Source of the DNA: a virus
Reading direction: 5' to 3' (one strand)
DNA: 57,695 nt
Virus record (IMG/VR): IMGVR_UViG_3300045988_076491
Position 1 is the first letter of the stretch. Every line of letters begins with the position of its first letter. Positions 37,465 through 44,368 of the stretch are shown here, piece after piece. The notes below the pieces were generated by a model, which saw nothing but the letters and a program-made list of their open reading frames with translations, was not told the DNA's origin and made no database searches. The translations under genes and the position numbers were made by a program.

Positions 37465-38550
37465 ATGTCAAAGATAGAATTAACAATTGCACCTAACTAT
37501 GTACCTAACTGGACATATGTAGATGCTGTGCGTGAATTATTCCAAAATGCTTTGGACCAGCAAAAGCAAAACAATGAAAATGAGGCAAGCTGGAGTTATG
37601 ATGATGTTACAGGTGTGCTTACAATCAGCAACGCAACATCTAAGTTAACTGCAGCATCGCTGCTTCTTGGACAGACTACTAAGGCTGATGATAAATCTAC
37701 AATTGGTCAGTTTGGTGAGGGCTATAAGATTGCAACGTTAGTATTGCTGCGCGAAGGCAAGAACGTTGTATTCTACAACTATGGTGCGAGAGAAATATGG
37801 AGGCCAAGATTTGTTAAGTCGCGTCGCTTCGGCACCGACATCTTAACATTCTTCATCGAGAAGAAAGCTATATGGGAGAAGGTACCATCAGCAGACTTAG
37901 TCATAGCTATTGAGGGTATCTCAGCTGATGAATACTACAATCAGATTGTACCGTCAAACTTACATCTGCGTAGTGACTTCGAAGACATCGAAGAGACTGA
38001 ATATGGTAACATTATTAACTTACCAGGCAAAGTATTTGTTAATGGTCTGTATGTTTGTGACTACGAGCCATATACGTATGGTTACAACTTCAAGCCTGAG
38101 CATATACGCCTGGACCGTGACCGTAAGATGGTTAGTGACTTTGACCTTCGCTGGATGGCATCAAAGATGTGGAGTACCTGCAAAGACACTGACAAGGTAC
38201 TCGAGATGATTGCAGAAGATAAAGCTGACGTTGCTTTCATTGATAGTGTAAGTTACACATCAAGCTGGCGTGACCTCGCCGCCGATAAGTTCAAGAGCGT
38301 GTATGGTCCAGAGGCCATACCAGTATCTAACCAGGAAGAGCTTGACGAAGTGCCTACTGGCTACAAAGGCGTTGTAGTTAGTGAGAGTTACTGCTCATTA
38401 GTCAGGAAAAGCTCAAGCTTCATAATGCCAGCACCCGACGAGCACTCACCAATTGATGCCCTACAAGACTGGTATGACAGCATAAAGCATAAGCTTGATA
38501 GTGATGAGCAGGAGCAGTTCGAAGCTATCATGGATGACTTGTGTAGTTAG
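37465..38550 (+). CDS. GHKL-superfamily (HSP90/MORC/histidine-kinase-like) ATPase candidate
   Basis: N-box-like VRELFQNALDQ and G-box-like IGQFGEGYKIATL. Confidence 0.5.
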   Translation: MSKIELTIAPNYVPNWTYVDAVRELFQNALDQQKQNNENEASWSYDDVTGVLTISNATSKLTAASLLLGQTTKADDKSTIGQFGEGYKIATLVLLREGKNVVFYNYGAREIWRPRFVKSRRFGTDILTFFIEKKAIWEKVPSADLVIAIEGISADEYYNQIVPSNLHLRSDFEDIEETEYGNIINLPGKVFVNGLYVCDYEPYTYGYNFKPEHIRLDRDRKMVSDFDLRWMASKMWSTCKDTDKVLEMIAEDKADVAFIDSVSYTSSWRDLAADKFKSVYGPEAIPVSNQEELDEVPTGYKGVVVSESYCSLVRKSSSFIMPAPDEHSPIDALQDWYDSIKHKLDSDEQEQFEAIMDDLCS

Positions 38551-38564
38551 AAAGGAGTAACAGA

Positions 38565-38930
38565 ATGAAAGGACCTGAGAGAGTAAGCTGGCTGAAATAC
38601 TACATTGCTCAGCCGATAAAAAGCATCTGCGATGCGCTTGGTGAACACATATCTGCCCTGTGGATAAAGCTCAAGGGTGGTTGGTACTGTGAATACTGTC
38701 ATAAGGTGCATAGCCGCCGCATCTATAAGTACAATTGCCTGGATGCCATTCTTGGTACTGCTGCTGGGTCGCTGCGTGACATCAGTGATGAGCCTGGTAG
38801 ATTTGTTTGTAGTCTTGGCCGCGACGCTGCACTTAATGAAGGTTGGAAACCTCAGAACATTATGATAGGAGACAAGATAATCTCCGACCTAATGAATGCA
38901 TATAGAGCATTCAATAACAGAGATAATTGA
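38565..38930 (+). CDS. Hypothetical protein
   Basis: AAAGGAG RBS; 121 aa. Confidence 0.6.
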   Translation: MKGPERVSWLKYYIAQPIKSICDALGEHISALWIKLKGGWYCEYCHKVHSRRIYKYNCLDAILGTAAGSLRDISDEPGRFVCSLGRDAALNEGWKPQNIMIGDKIISDLMNAYRAFNNRDN

Positions 38931-39111
38931 TTTGAGCAGAACACCGAAGATATGCTCAGTGTGTGGCAAGAGGTTCATCCCTGGAGCTTGCCACATATAT
39001 AAGACAAAGATTGGACATGTAAAGCTACAATGTAGTTATACATGCTGGTGTAAAGCCAAATCTACAAACAATCATAAAGACTATGCGTCACGTCGGCGTG
39101 AGCAAGGATAA
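38896..39111 (+). CDS. Small Zn-ribbon protein (start uncertain)
   Basis: CSVCGKRF...C...CSYTCWC. The ATG at 38896 overlaps the upstream gene; TTG at 38932 is an alternative start. Confidence 0.45.
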   Translation: MHIEHSITEIIDLSRTPKICSVCGKRFIPGACHIYKTKIGHVKLQCSYTCWCKAKSTNNHKDYASRRREQG

Positions 39112-39114
39112 AGT

Positions 39115-39145
39115 AAGGACCCGGAATAACATCCGGGTCCTTTTG
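39115..39145. terminator. Bidirectional terminator between convergent units
   Basis: Stem aaggacccgga, loop ataaca, stem tccgggtcctt. T-run on the plus strand and a U-rich tail on the minus strand. Confidence 0.75.
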
Positions 39146-39586
39146 CTATTTGTCTTTATTGTGCGGTCCAATTCTCTTATCAGGCTTAGTGGTAAATGTT
39201 ACCGACCCACGCTTTGAGCCCTTGTCAGAACGTTGCTTTCTATTAGAGCCTTTTGGTATGCTTCTGCTTCTTCGTATCTCATCAGCGCAGGTTGTACAAT
39301 AATTTGTATAGTTGAAGTCTCGGTCAGCAATAGCGACCTTTCCACACTTCTTGCAGTGCCACTGCGGGGCTGGCTTCAAGTGTGCAAGCTTTCGTCTCAT
39401 AGCTACAGGCACAAACATTCCGTGCTTGATGTTAAATTCACACATCTCATTGTGCCACTCAAGCTCTTCTTGTGTGCTGCGTCCCTGCCTTACTTTCTCA
39501 AGCACTCTGTAACATCTGGCACACAGTGAGTCCCTGTTAATGTGCGTAGTTTCTTCTGTAATTCCGCAAAACTTACATACTTTCAT
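39146..39586 (-). CDS. Zn-ribbon protein with a basic C-terminal tail
   Basis: CKFCG...CARCY and CKKCG...CTTCA pairs; GGAGGAG RBS. Confidence 0.65.
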   Translation of the reverse strand: MKVCKFCGITEETTHINRDSLCARCYRVLEKVRQGRSTQEELEWHNEMCEFNIKHGMFVPVAMRRKLAHLKPAPQWHCKKCGKVAIADRDFNYTNYCTTCADEIRRSRSIPKGSNRKQRSDKGSKRGSVTFTTKPDKRIGPHNKDK

Positions 39587-40250
39587 TTGTTAGCTCCTCC
39601 AATCTATCTTGTGTACGACTGCGCCACTTTGGCACTTGTGGAGCCCAGTAGCCTCGCTTCTTTAACACTTCATATTCGTCAAGCAGCATCAATAGACTAA
39701 CGCACTCTGCCATGTCTAGCACAGCAATCCTTGCACGTAGTGCTTTATACTCCTTGTAACGCTTCTGACATGCAGGGCACCGCTTAGTTGTATCTTGTCC
39801 TACTGGCAGAAGGTGTGCTTCACCGCAGTATCTACACTTAACTGTAAGCATATCTTGCGCTGCAACTTCTTGAAGACGCTTCTTGCTTAGTGCTTCTTTA
39901 GAAAGTTCCTCAAACTGTACGTACCTCTGTGCCGCGGCGTACAGTTCATCTATCCAATCAGGTACCAGTCCGCCATTGTTCTTAATATCTACGAAGTACT
40001 GTAATCTGCCTAGTTGGCGCTTCACAGCGTCTAATGTGCTGTGCCTGCTAAGTCTAGATTTGGCCAACGTTATGCCCTGCACCCTACGAGAGCAATCACA
40101 GCAAAGTTTATTACCGTGGACTGACCTGTTACCTGCTGGTACGTTTGTGGCGCCACAGCAAGGACATCTGGCCATTTCATACGTTAAGTGCCCCTTAGTA
40201 TCTACAAGAATATTTCTGCCTTTGTTATCTTTTCCTGTACATTTGTACAT
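39573..40250 (-). CDS. Zn-ribbon protein
   Basis: CPCCG...CCDC and CRYCG...CPAC pairs. AGGAGGTGATT leader identical to the terS leader. Confidence 0.65.
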   Translation of the reverse strand: MYKCTGKDNKGRNILVDTKGHLTYEMARCPCCGATNVPAGNRSVHGNKLCCDCSRRVQGITLAKSRLSRHSTLDAVKRQLGRLQYFVDIKNNGGLVPDWIDELYAAAQRYVQFEELSKEALSKKRLQEVAAQDMLTVKCRYCGEAHLLPVGQDTTKRCPACQKRYKEYKALRARIAVLDMAECVSLLMLLDEYEVLKKRGYWAPQVPKWRSRTQDRLEELTNESM

Positions 40251-40269
40251 ACAATCACCTCCTAATTAT

Positions 40270-40298
40270 ATTATACGCAATTTAGTTCAGTGATATAA
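40270..40298 (-). promoter_or_regulatory. Promoter of the shared late-type family (minus strand)
   Basis: Minus strand reads TTATAT, 17-nt spacer, TATAATATAATTAGGAGGTGATT. 25 nt are identical to 45561-45585. Confidence 0.6.
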
Positions 40299-40340
40299 CA
40301 TCAGTTGAATTAAATATATTACATTACTTGACGTTAGTAT

Positions 40341-40405
40341 AAAATACGTTAAGATACTTGTTACGAGTTGTTTTCCTTAACTTTCTAGACATCTTAACGT
40401 ATTTT
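40341..40405. repeat. Perfect 15-bp inverted repeat AAAATACGTTAAGAT / ATCTTAACGTATTTT enclosing TTAAC-type units (locus B, left arm)
   Basis: Arms at 40341-40355 and 40391-40405. TTAAC at 40377 and 40394, with a degenerate unit between them. Confidence 0.85.
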
Positions 40406-40535
40406 TGAGGCCACTCAATAAGTATATATGATATTTAGTATAAAAATATTTTTGAGTACTAATTTGATATTATATCAGTGGTAGTATAAAAAATTGTTGA
40501 GGCGTCGCATAGATTATGATGATATAAAAAAATAC

Positions 40536-40582
40536 GTTAAAATGTTAAGATTGTTAAGATTGTTAAAAAGTTAAAAAGTTGA
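40536..40582 (+). repeat. Array of six GTTAA(G/A)A-type units at an 8-9 bp period (locus B, right arm)
   Basis: GTTAA/GTTGA begin at 40536, 40544, 40553, 40562, 40570 and 40578. Confidence 0.85.
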
Positions 40583-40788
40583 ATAAACTATGAAGGTCAA
40601 GATGTCTGTACTGCTGTGCCGCTGCGTATATATCTACTAGCTTATTAGAATAGAACTAATAATTAAAGTCAAATCAAAAACCAATATTTGGGCTTTTTTC
40701 AATATATAAAATATATCCTATATATATACTTATTTTTTTCAAAATTTGATTGGAAAGAAGGAACATGAAGTCTTCTGAATCTTTGTAG

Positions 40789-40817
40789 GTTTAACACGTC
40801 CGTGATATCCATATAAT
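40789..40817 (+). promoter_or_regulatory. Possible promoter reading into the GC-rich island
   Basis: TATAAT at 40812-40817 with TTTAAC/TTAACA 15-16 nt upstream. The -35 is weak. Confidence 0.3.
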
Positions 40818-40859
40818 TATACAGCACCGTGATGAGAATGGTCTGTAGAAAATCCGCTA

Positions 40860-41430
40860 GGCTTGACGTCGCTCGGGGTCGCTGCGGCGACGAGTTCAGT
40901 GGAAGTCTTATAGTTCAACACTAGTCTTTTTAAGCCAAACAAGCCTCTGCACGGATATAGAATACTCTGACATACAGCGTCGCGGCGTCCCTGGGCTGAT
41001 ACAGACTGAAGGATTGTAGATACACAGGCAGTGAGTCACAGTGCCACCCGGCCGCGGCTCTACTCCTTAAAAGAAGTGCAGCCACAGTCAGACGAGGCAA
41101 GGGTTTTAGCAGCTGCGGAGCAGCGGCGCATGGTCGCAGCGGCGCTATTACGACTAGACCAGCACGGATGCCAGGCTGAGCCTATTTTGTGCAGCGCCGC
41201 CGCGACATTGACTGGCCATGACTGTGGAGGGTTTTAGCCGCCGCATCCCGGCCTCCGTACGGCCGGAGCTGACGTCAGTTCTACAAGCTAGTAGATTACA
41301 GCTGGTCCAATCCAACCCCGCACCACGGTGGCCCAGGCCCACTTGCTTACGCTGAACTTGACTTCCACAAGCTAGTAGATGTCCCGGCCAGGCGGCGCTT
41401 GAGCCAGGCTGCACCAAAGGGCATATCAAA
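40860..41430 (+). ncRNA. GC-rich non-coding island A' (candidate structured RNA or protein-binding array)
   Basis: No RBS-preceded ORF. 38/60 G+C in 41101-41160 by hand count. Contains two GGGTTTTAGC, two GCTAGTAGAT and the palindrome CTGACGTCAG (41269-41278). Confidence 0.35.
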
Positions 41431-41460
41431 GCCCAGCTGGCTGACAAGACCAGCTGGGCT
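41430..41460 (-). terminator. Terminator of the 41490 gene (minus strand)
   Basis: Stem agcccagctgg, 9-nt loop, stem ccagctgggct. The minus-strand tail is UUUGAUAU. Confidence 0.6.
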
Positions 41461-41489
41461 TCAATTGAAAGTGAGTATTCAGTTGTATG

Positions 41490-42248
41490 TTATCCAAGCA
41501 TTTCTTTAATCTGTGCAAGCAGCGCTTTGCTGTCTTTTGCATTCATGTGCTCAAGGTCGACGTCTGCGAGCTTCTCAGTTAATGCGTCCTTGGTCTCATC
41601 AACCTTCACAACCTGTGTACGACCTGTAGAAACTCTGATTGCCTTGAGCTGCTCTTCAGCTACGAGCAATGCCTGCCAACGTGGGTCCTCTTCACTGAAG
41701 TCAGCTTTTGACTTCATGATAGACTTCTTGGACTGAACGTTGCGGATTTCCTTCTTAAGTCTGTCCTGGTCCTCTTTGAGCTCTTCAAGCTGCTCAGCAG
41801 TAAAATCTACTGAACCAGACATGCGGCGTGCACCACCTGCGGACTTAACCTTGCCAGTAGCCTTTCTGATAAGGTTCTCAGCAATCGCACCAGCCATCAT
41901 ACTCTTGTAGTTATCCATTGTCATGGCCTTGCTCTTTGCACGAGAACGCTTAGACTGCTGACTCTTCAACATACCATCAACAGTTGCTTCTTCAAGCTCC
42001 TTGATGAACTCAACATCTACAGTGTCATAGTCAATCAACTTTGCAAGCAGTGCATCCATTGCGTTGTGGTCATGCTTTGAAGCTTCGAAGTCTTCACGGT
42101 ACTCATCAAGGTTGTCATTCAACTTCTTGATGCACTCAGCAACAAGCTCATTTGCAACAGTTGTAAGCTGTGCAGTACCTGCAAGATTTCTTGCGTTTGT
42201 AGTTGTTTCATTGTTTTCAGTTGTGTTGAACATTTCGTTAATAGACAT
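41490..42248 (-). CDS. 252-aa charged helical protein; paralogue family with a duplicated QSK(K/R) basic motif
   Basis: ATG at 42248 (AAGGAG RBS). Motifs MLKSQQSKRSRAKSK and IRNVQSKKSIMKSK. Alignable with the 44374 protein. Confidence 0.75.
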   Translation of the reverse strand: MSINEMFNTTENNETTTNARNLAGTAQLTTVANELVAECIKKLNDNLDEYREDFEASKHDHNAMDALLAKLIDYDTVDVEFIKELEEATVDGMLKSQQSKRSRAKSKAMTMDNYKSMMAGAIAENLIRKATGKVKSAGGARRMSGSVDFTAEQLEELKEDQDRLKKEIRNVQSKKSIMKSKADFSEEDPRWQALLVAEEQLKAIRVSTGRTQVVKVDETKDALTEKLADVDLEHMNAKDSKALLAQIKEMLG

Positions 42249-42320
42249 AGTAGTCTCCTTTCTGTCCGCGTCATCCACGCGGCTGCCACACTTTGCAGTG
42301 GCCTGCGTATTTGGTTAAGC

Positions 42321-42520
42321 TTTATTTCCTTAACTCTATACATATTATATCATGAATTTTTGCGGCTGTACATATGTTTTGTAAATTCAATGTGGTCACT
42401 GTACAGTCTTTATTCAATTTTGTATAACTGCTAGAATCAAGTACTTATTTCTTAACTCTATAGATATTATACTATGGAACTTTGCAGTTGTACATATGTT
42501 CTTCAAATTCAATACAGTGG
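42321..42520 (-). repeat. Tandem ~80-bp duplication, each copy carrying a minus-strand promoter (units 42321-42400 and 42444-42520)
   Basis: Both units contain cttaactctata.atattata and gtacatatgtt. The minus-strand -10 elements are TGATATAAT (42344-42352) and TAGTATAAT (42466-42474). Confidence 0.7.
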
Positions 42521-42540
42521 CTGCACCAACTATTTGTAAC

Positions 42541-42830
42541 TGAGTGAGGCGGCGAGGTGGCGCAGCCTTGTCAGGTCAAGCTAAGGTTTTAGCCGTCGTG
42601 GCATAGCCAAGTCCGACTAGGGTTTTAGCGACTGCTGTGTTGCACTGTTGAGTTGAGACTGCAGCAGTCAGGTCCAGCGCTGCCAGGCTGAGGCTGGGTT
42701 TTAGCCGCAGTGGTAAAGCGCAGTCTTGCTGCGGCTGCACGGATTGCTCACGCTGCATCGGGCTGCAGGCTAGTAGATAGCCGACGGCCGCCCGGCTGAG
42801 GCTGAACTGTGGTTGGTGCAGCAGTTAAAA
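42541..42830 (+). other. GC-rich non-coding island B
   Basis: Three (G/A)GGTTTTAGC copies (42584, 42620, 42696), GCTAGTAGAT (42769) and GCTGAGGCTGAACTGT (42795). Lies between divergent promoters. Confidence 0.5.
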
Positions 42831-42865
42831 ATATTTCTGAAACTGACACCAAACTGCAAGATATT

Positions 42866-42874
42866 TGATATAAT
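42866..42874 (+). promoter_or_regulatory. Extended -10 promoter TGATATAAT of cassette 1
   Basis: Part of a ~55-bp block (aaaaatatttctgaaactga...tgatataata) repeated at 43475-43525. Confidence 0.6.
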
Positions 42875-42920
42875 ATAATTGTAAGAAATAATAAAGACAG
42901 TATGAAAGTGAGGTACAACT

Positions 42921-43292
42921 ATGAACAACCTAAAAACAATCGAAAGTGCTATTCAAAGGCTCAAGGCCATGTATGACTGTAACTATGAATGCATGGATGC
43001 AGATGACAGTGGCGACTTACTGACAACTATTTATGAGCTTGAACAAATGAAGAGAGACTTACTACATGATGACTACATTAAGAAAGTTACAGACTTCAGA
43101 GACCACGTGGTATCTACAATGCCAGAGTCAACTGAAAAAGAAGATGAGCACAGCCTAAAGGCTTGGGAAGACTTCTATGGACTGAAGTGGACAATTAGTT
43201 TTGCAGGCAAAGAAGTAACTCTTGACAATGAGGCTGGTACATGGCAACCAATTGTTGACATGCTTACTGATTATCTTGACAATTATCTTTAA
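42921..43292 (+). CDS. 123-aa acidic hypothetical protein (cassette 1)
   Basis: GAAAGTGAGG RBS; D/E-rich; has its own promoter and terminator. Confidence 0.75.
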   Translation: MNNLKTIESAIQRLKAMYDCNYECMDADDSGDLLTTIYELEQMKRDLLHDDYIKKVTDFRDHVVSTMPESTEKEDEHSLKAWEDFYGLKWTISFAGKEVTLDNEAGTWQPIVDMLTDYLDNYL

Positions 43293-43300
43293 GAGTAAGT

Positions 43301-43331
43301 ACACAGCAGTTATCTGCTGTGTATTTCTTTG
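43301..43331 (+). terminator. Terminator of cassette 1
   Basis: Stem acacagcag, loop ttat, stem ctgctgtgt, followed by atttctttg. Confidence 0.75.
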
Positions 43332-43470
43332 CCTTGAAGTGCAGCTACTGCATTGTCAAGCCATGACTGGGTTTTAGCCGCCGTGGCCTGAGGCCACTAA
43401 GCTGAGGCTGTCCACATGCTGGTAGATAGCCTTGCACTGACTAGCTGAGGCTGAACTGTATTTGATGCAG
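43332..43470 (+). other. GC-rich non-coding island C
   Basis: GGGTTTTAGCCGCCGTGGC (43369), GCTGGTAGAT (43418) and GCTGAGGCTGAACTGT (43444). Confidence 0.5.
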
Positions 43471-43513
43471 TCATAAAAATATTTCTGAAACTGATAACAA
43501 ACTGCAATAGATA

Positions 43514-43522
43514 TGATATAAT
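43514..43522 (+). promoter_or_regulatory. Extended -10 promoter TGATATAAT of cassette 2
   Basis: Homologous to the promoter block of cassette 1. Confidence 0.6.
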
Positions 43523-43561
43523 ATATATATAGAATAAAGAAAAGAAAGTGAGGATATTAAA

Positions 43562-43882
43562 ATGAAAGATGAATTGTGTACTATTGCTGGAGAAGACCTG
43601 GTTGGCCTCATCGAGAAGATAGCCTATGAAGACTATGCTAAGGCCTATAGAAAGCTGCATAGGGCTGGACTTAATCGTAGACCTACATATGAAGACTTCA
43701 TTCGTAGCTGTCCGGCTTTTGTAGCATTTCCATCAATACCTGATGATGCATGGCATCAGGCCTATGAATTCATAGCCGACTTGTTTGATGACAATGAAAA
43801 GAATGGAACGCCTTGCGATGAAGAGGCGAAGTTCAACCAGAATGTAGCAGAGCTACTGATGATGTTCAACAACAGAAAATAA
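43562..43882 (+). CDS. 106-aa acidic hypothetical protein (cassette 2)
   Basis: GAAAGTGAGG RBS; has its own promoter and terminator. Confidence 0.75.
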   Translation: MKDELCTIAGEDLVGLIEKIAYEDYAKAYRKLHRAGLNRRPTYEDFIRSCPAFVAFPSIPDDAWHQAYEFIADLFDDNEKNGTPCDEEAKFNQNVAELLMMFNNRK

Positions 43883-43890
43883 TAGCAGGT

Positions 43891-43921
43891 ACACGGCAAG
43901 CAATTGCCGTGTATTTCTTTG
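43891..43921 (+). terminator. Terminator of cassette 2
   Basis: Stem acacggcaa, loop gcaa, stem ttgccgtgt, followed by atttctttg. Same frame as the cassette 1 terminator but with compensatory stem changes. Confidence 0.75.
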
Positions 43922-44170
43922 CCTGCAGATGCAGCCTTGCATTATCAAGCCAGGACTGGGTTTTAGCGGCCGTGGCACGCCATTATCAAGCCAGAGCTGG
44001 GTTTTAGCGGCCGGGTGCAGCTTGCCAAGCTGAGGCTGGGTTTTAGCGGCCGTGGCACGCCTACTGCATGGCCGCGGCTGAGCTGCGTACGCAGCAGAAC
44101 GTACGTTCCACTGGCTAGTAGATAGCCTAGCGCAGTCCGGCTGTGGCTGAGCTGCAGCTGTGGCGATGTG
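43922..44170 (+). other. GC-rich non-coding island D
   Basis: Three GGGTTTTAGCGGCCG copies (43958, 43999, 44038). Palindromes gctgcgtacgcagc and gaacgtacgttc. GCTAGTAGAT at 44114. Confidence 0.5.
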
Positions 44171-44200
44171 CAAAAGAAAAGACCGGTCTTTCGACCGGTC
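44171..44200 (-). terminator. Minus-strand terminator
   Basis: Stem gaccggtc, loop tttc, stem gaccggtc. The minus strand follows with UUUUCUUUUG. Confidence 0.65.
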
Positions 44201-44207
44201 ATGTATT

Positions 44208-44315
44208 TTATACTAGAATAAAGTCCTTTTCATATCTCCTTATATCAGTAGCATCAATTGTTATTGTACCTACATACAGGCCTGAATTCTTTTCATATAC
44301 ATTGAATGTTCTCAC
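44208..44315 (-). CDS. 35-aa micro-ORF between two terminators (tentative)
   Basis: GTG start 9 nt after AGGAG. Peptide (M)RTFNVYEKNSGLYVGTITIDATDIRRYEKDFILV. Confidence 0.3.
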   Translation of the reverse strand: MRTFNVYEKNSGLYVGTITIDATDIRRYEKDFILV

Positions 44316-44340
44316 TTTTATTATCTCCTTTCATTTAAGA

Positions 44341-44368
44341 AGGGACCTGGCCTGTGGACCAGGTCCCT
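44341..44368 (-). terminator. Terminator of the 44374 gene
   Basis: Stem agggacctgg, 8-nt loop, stem ccaggtccct, immediately after the stop codon. Confidence 0.65.

Noticed and set aside
40684-40698. ATATTTGGGCTTTTT followed by a T-run looked like a terminator.
   Set aside because: The possible stem is only 4 bp (ccaa/ttgg). The copy at 11355-11369 cannot form it. I treated it as a shared sequence motif of loci A and B instead.
41279-41296. TTCTAC-AAGCTA-GTAGAT resembles the Cas12a repeat hairpin (UCUAC-loop-GUAGAU), raising the idea of a solitary-repeat RNA anti-CRISPR.
   Set aside because: Only one of the five GCTAGTAGAT copies has the complementary 5' arm. The second has TCCAC, and the others fold as GGCTA-GTAGA-TAGCC. 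The conserved AAUUUCUACU context is missing. I kept it only as something to test within the motif-family finding.
41031-41447. ORFs 41031..41237(+) and 41154..41447(-), and similarly 42576..42758(-), 43853..44173(-) and 43963..44202(-), all inside the GC-rich islands.
   Set aside because: They have no Shine-Dalgarno sites in a genome where nearly every gene has GGAGG. They overlap one another, have the A/R/G/P-rich composition expected from GC-rich DNA, and run across terminators.
43958-44047. Three GGGTTTTAGCGGCCG repeats spaced 39-41 bp apart looked like a mini CRISPR array, and GTTTTAG recalls type II repeats.
   Set aside because: The spacers would be only about 15 nt. The segments between repeats are themselves repeated (ATTATCAAGCCAG appears twice). 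There are no cas genes and no leader. The other six copies are dispersed rather than arrayed.
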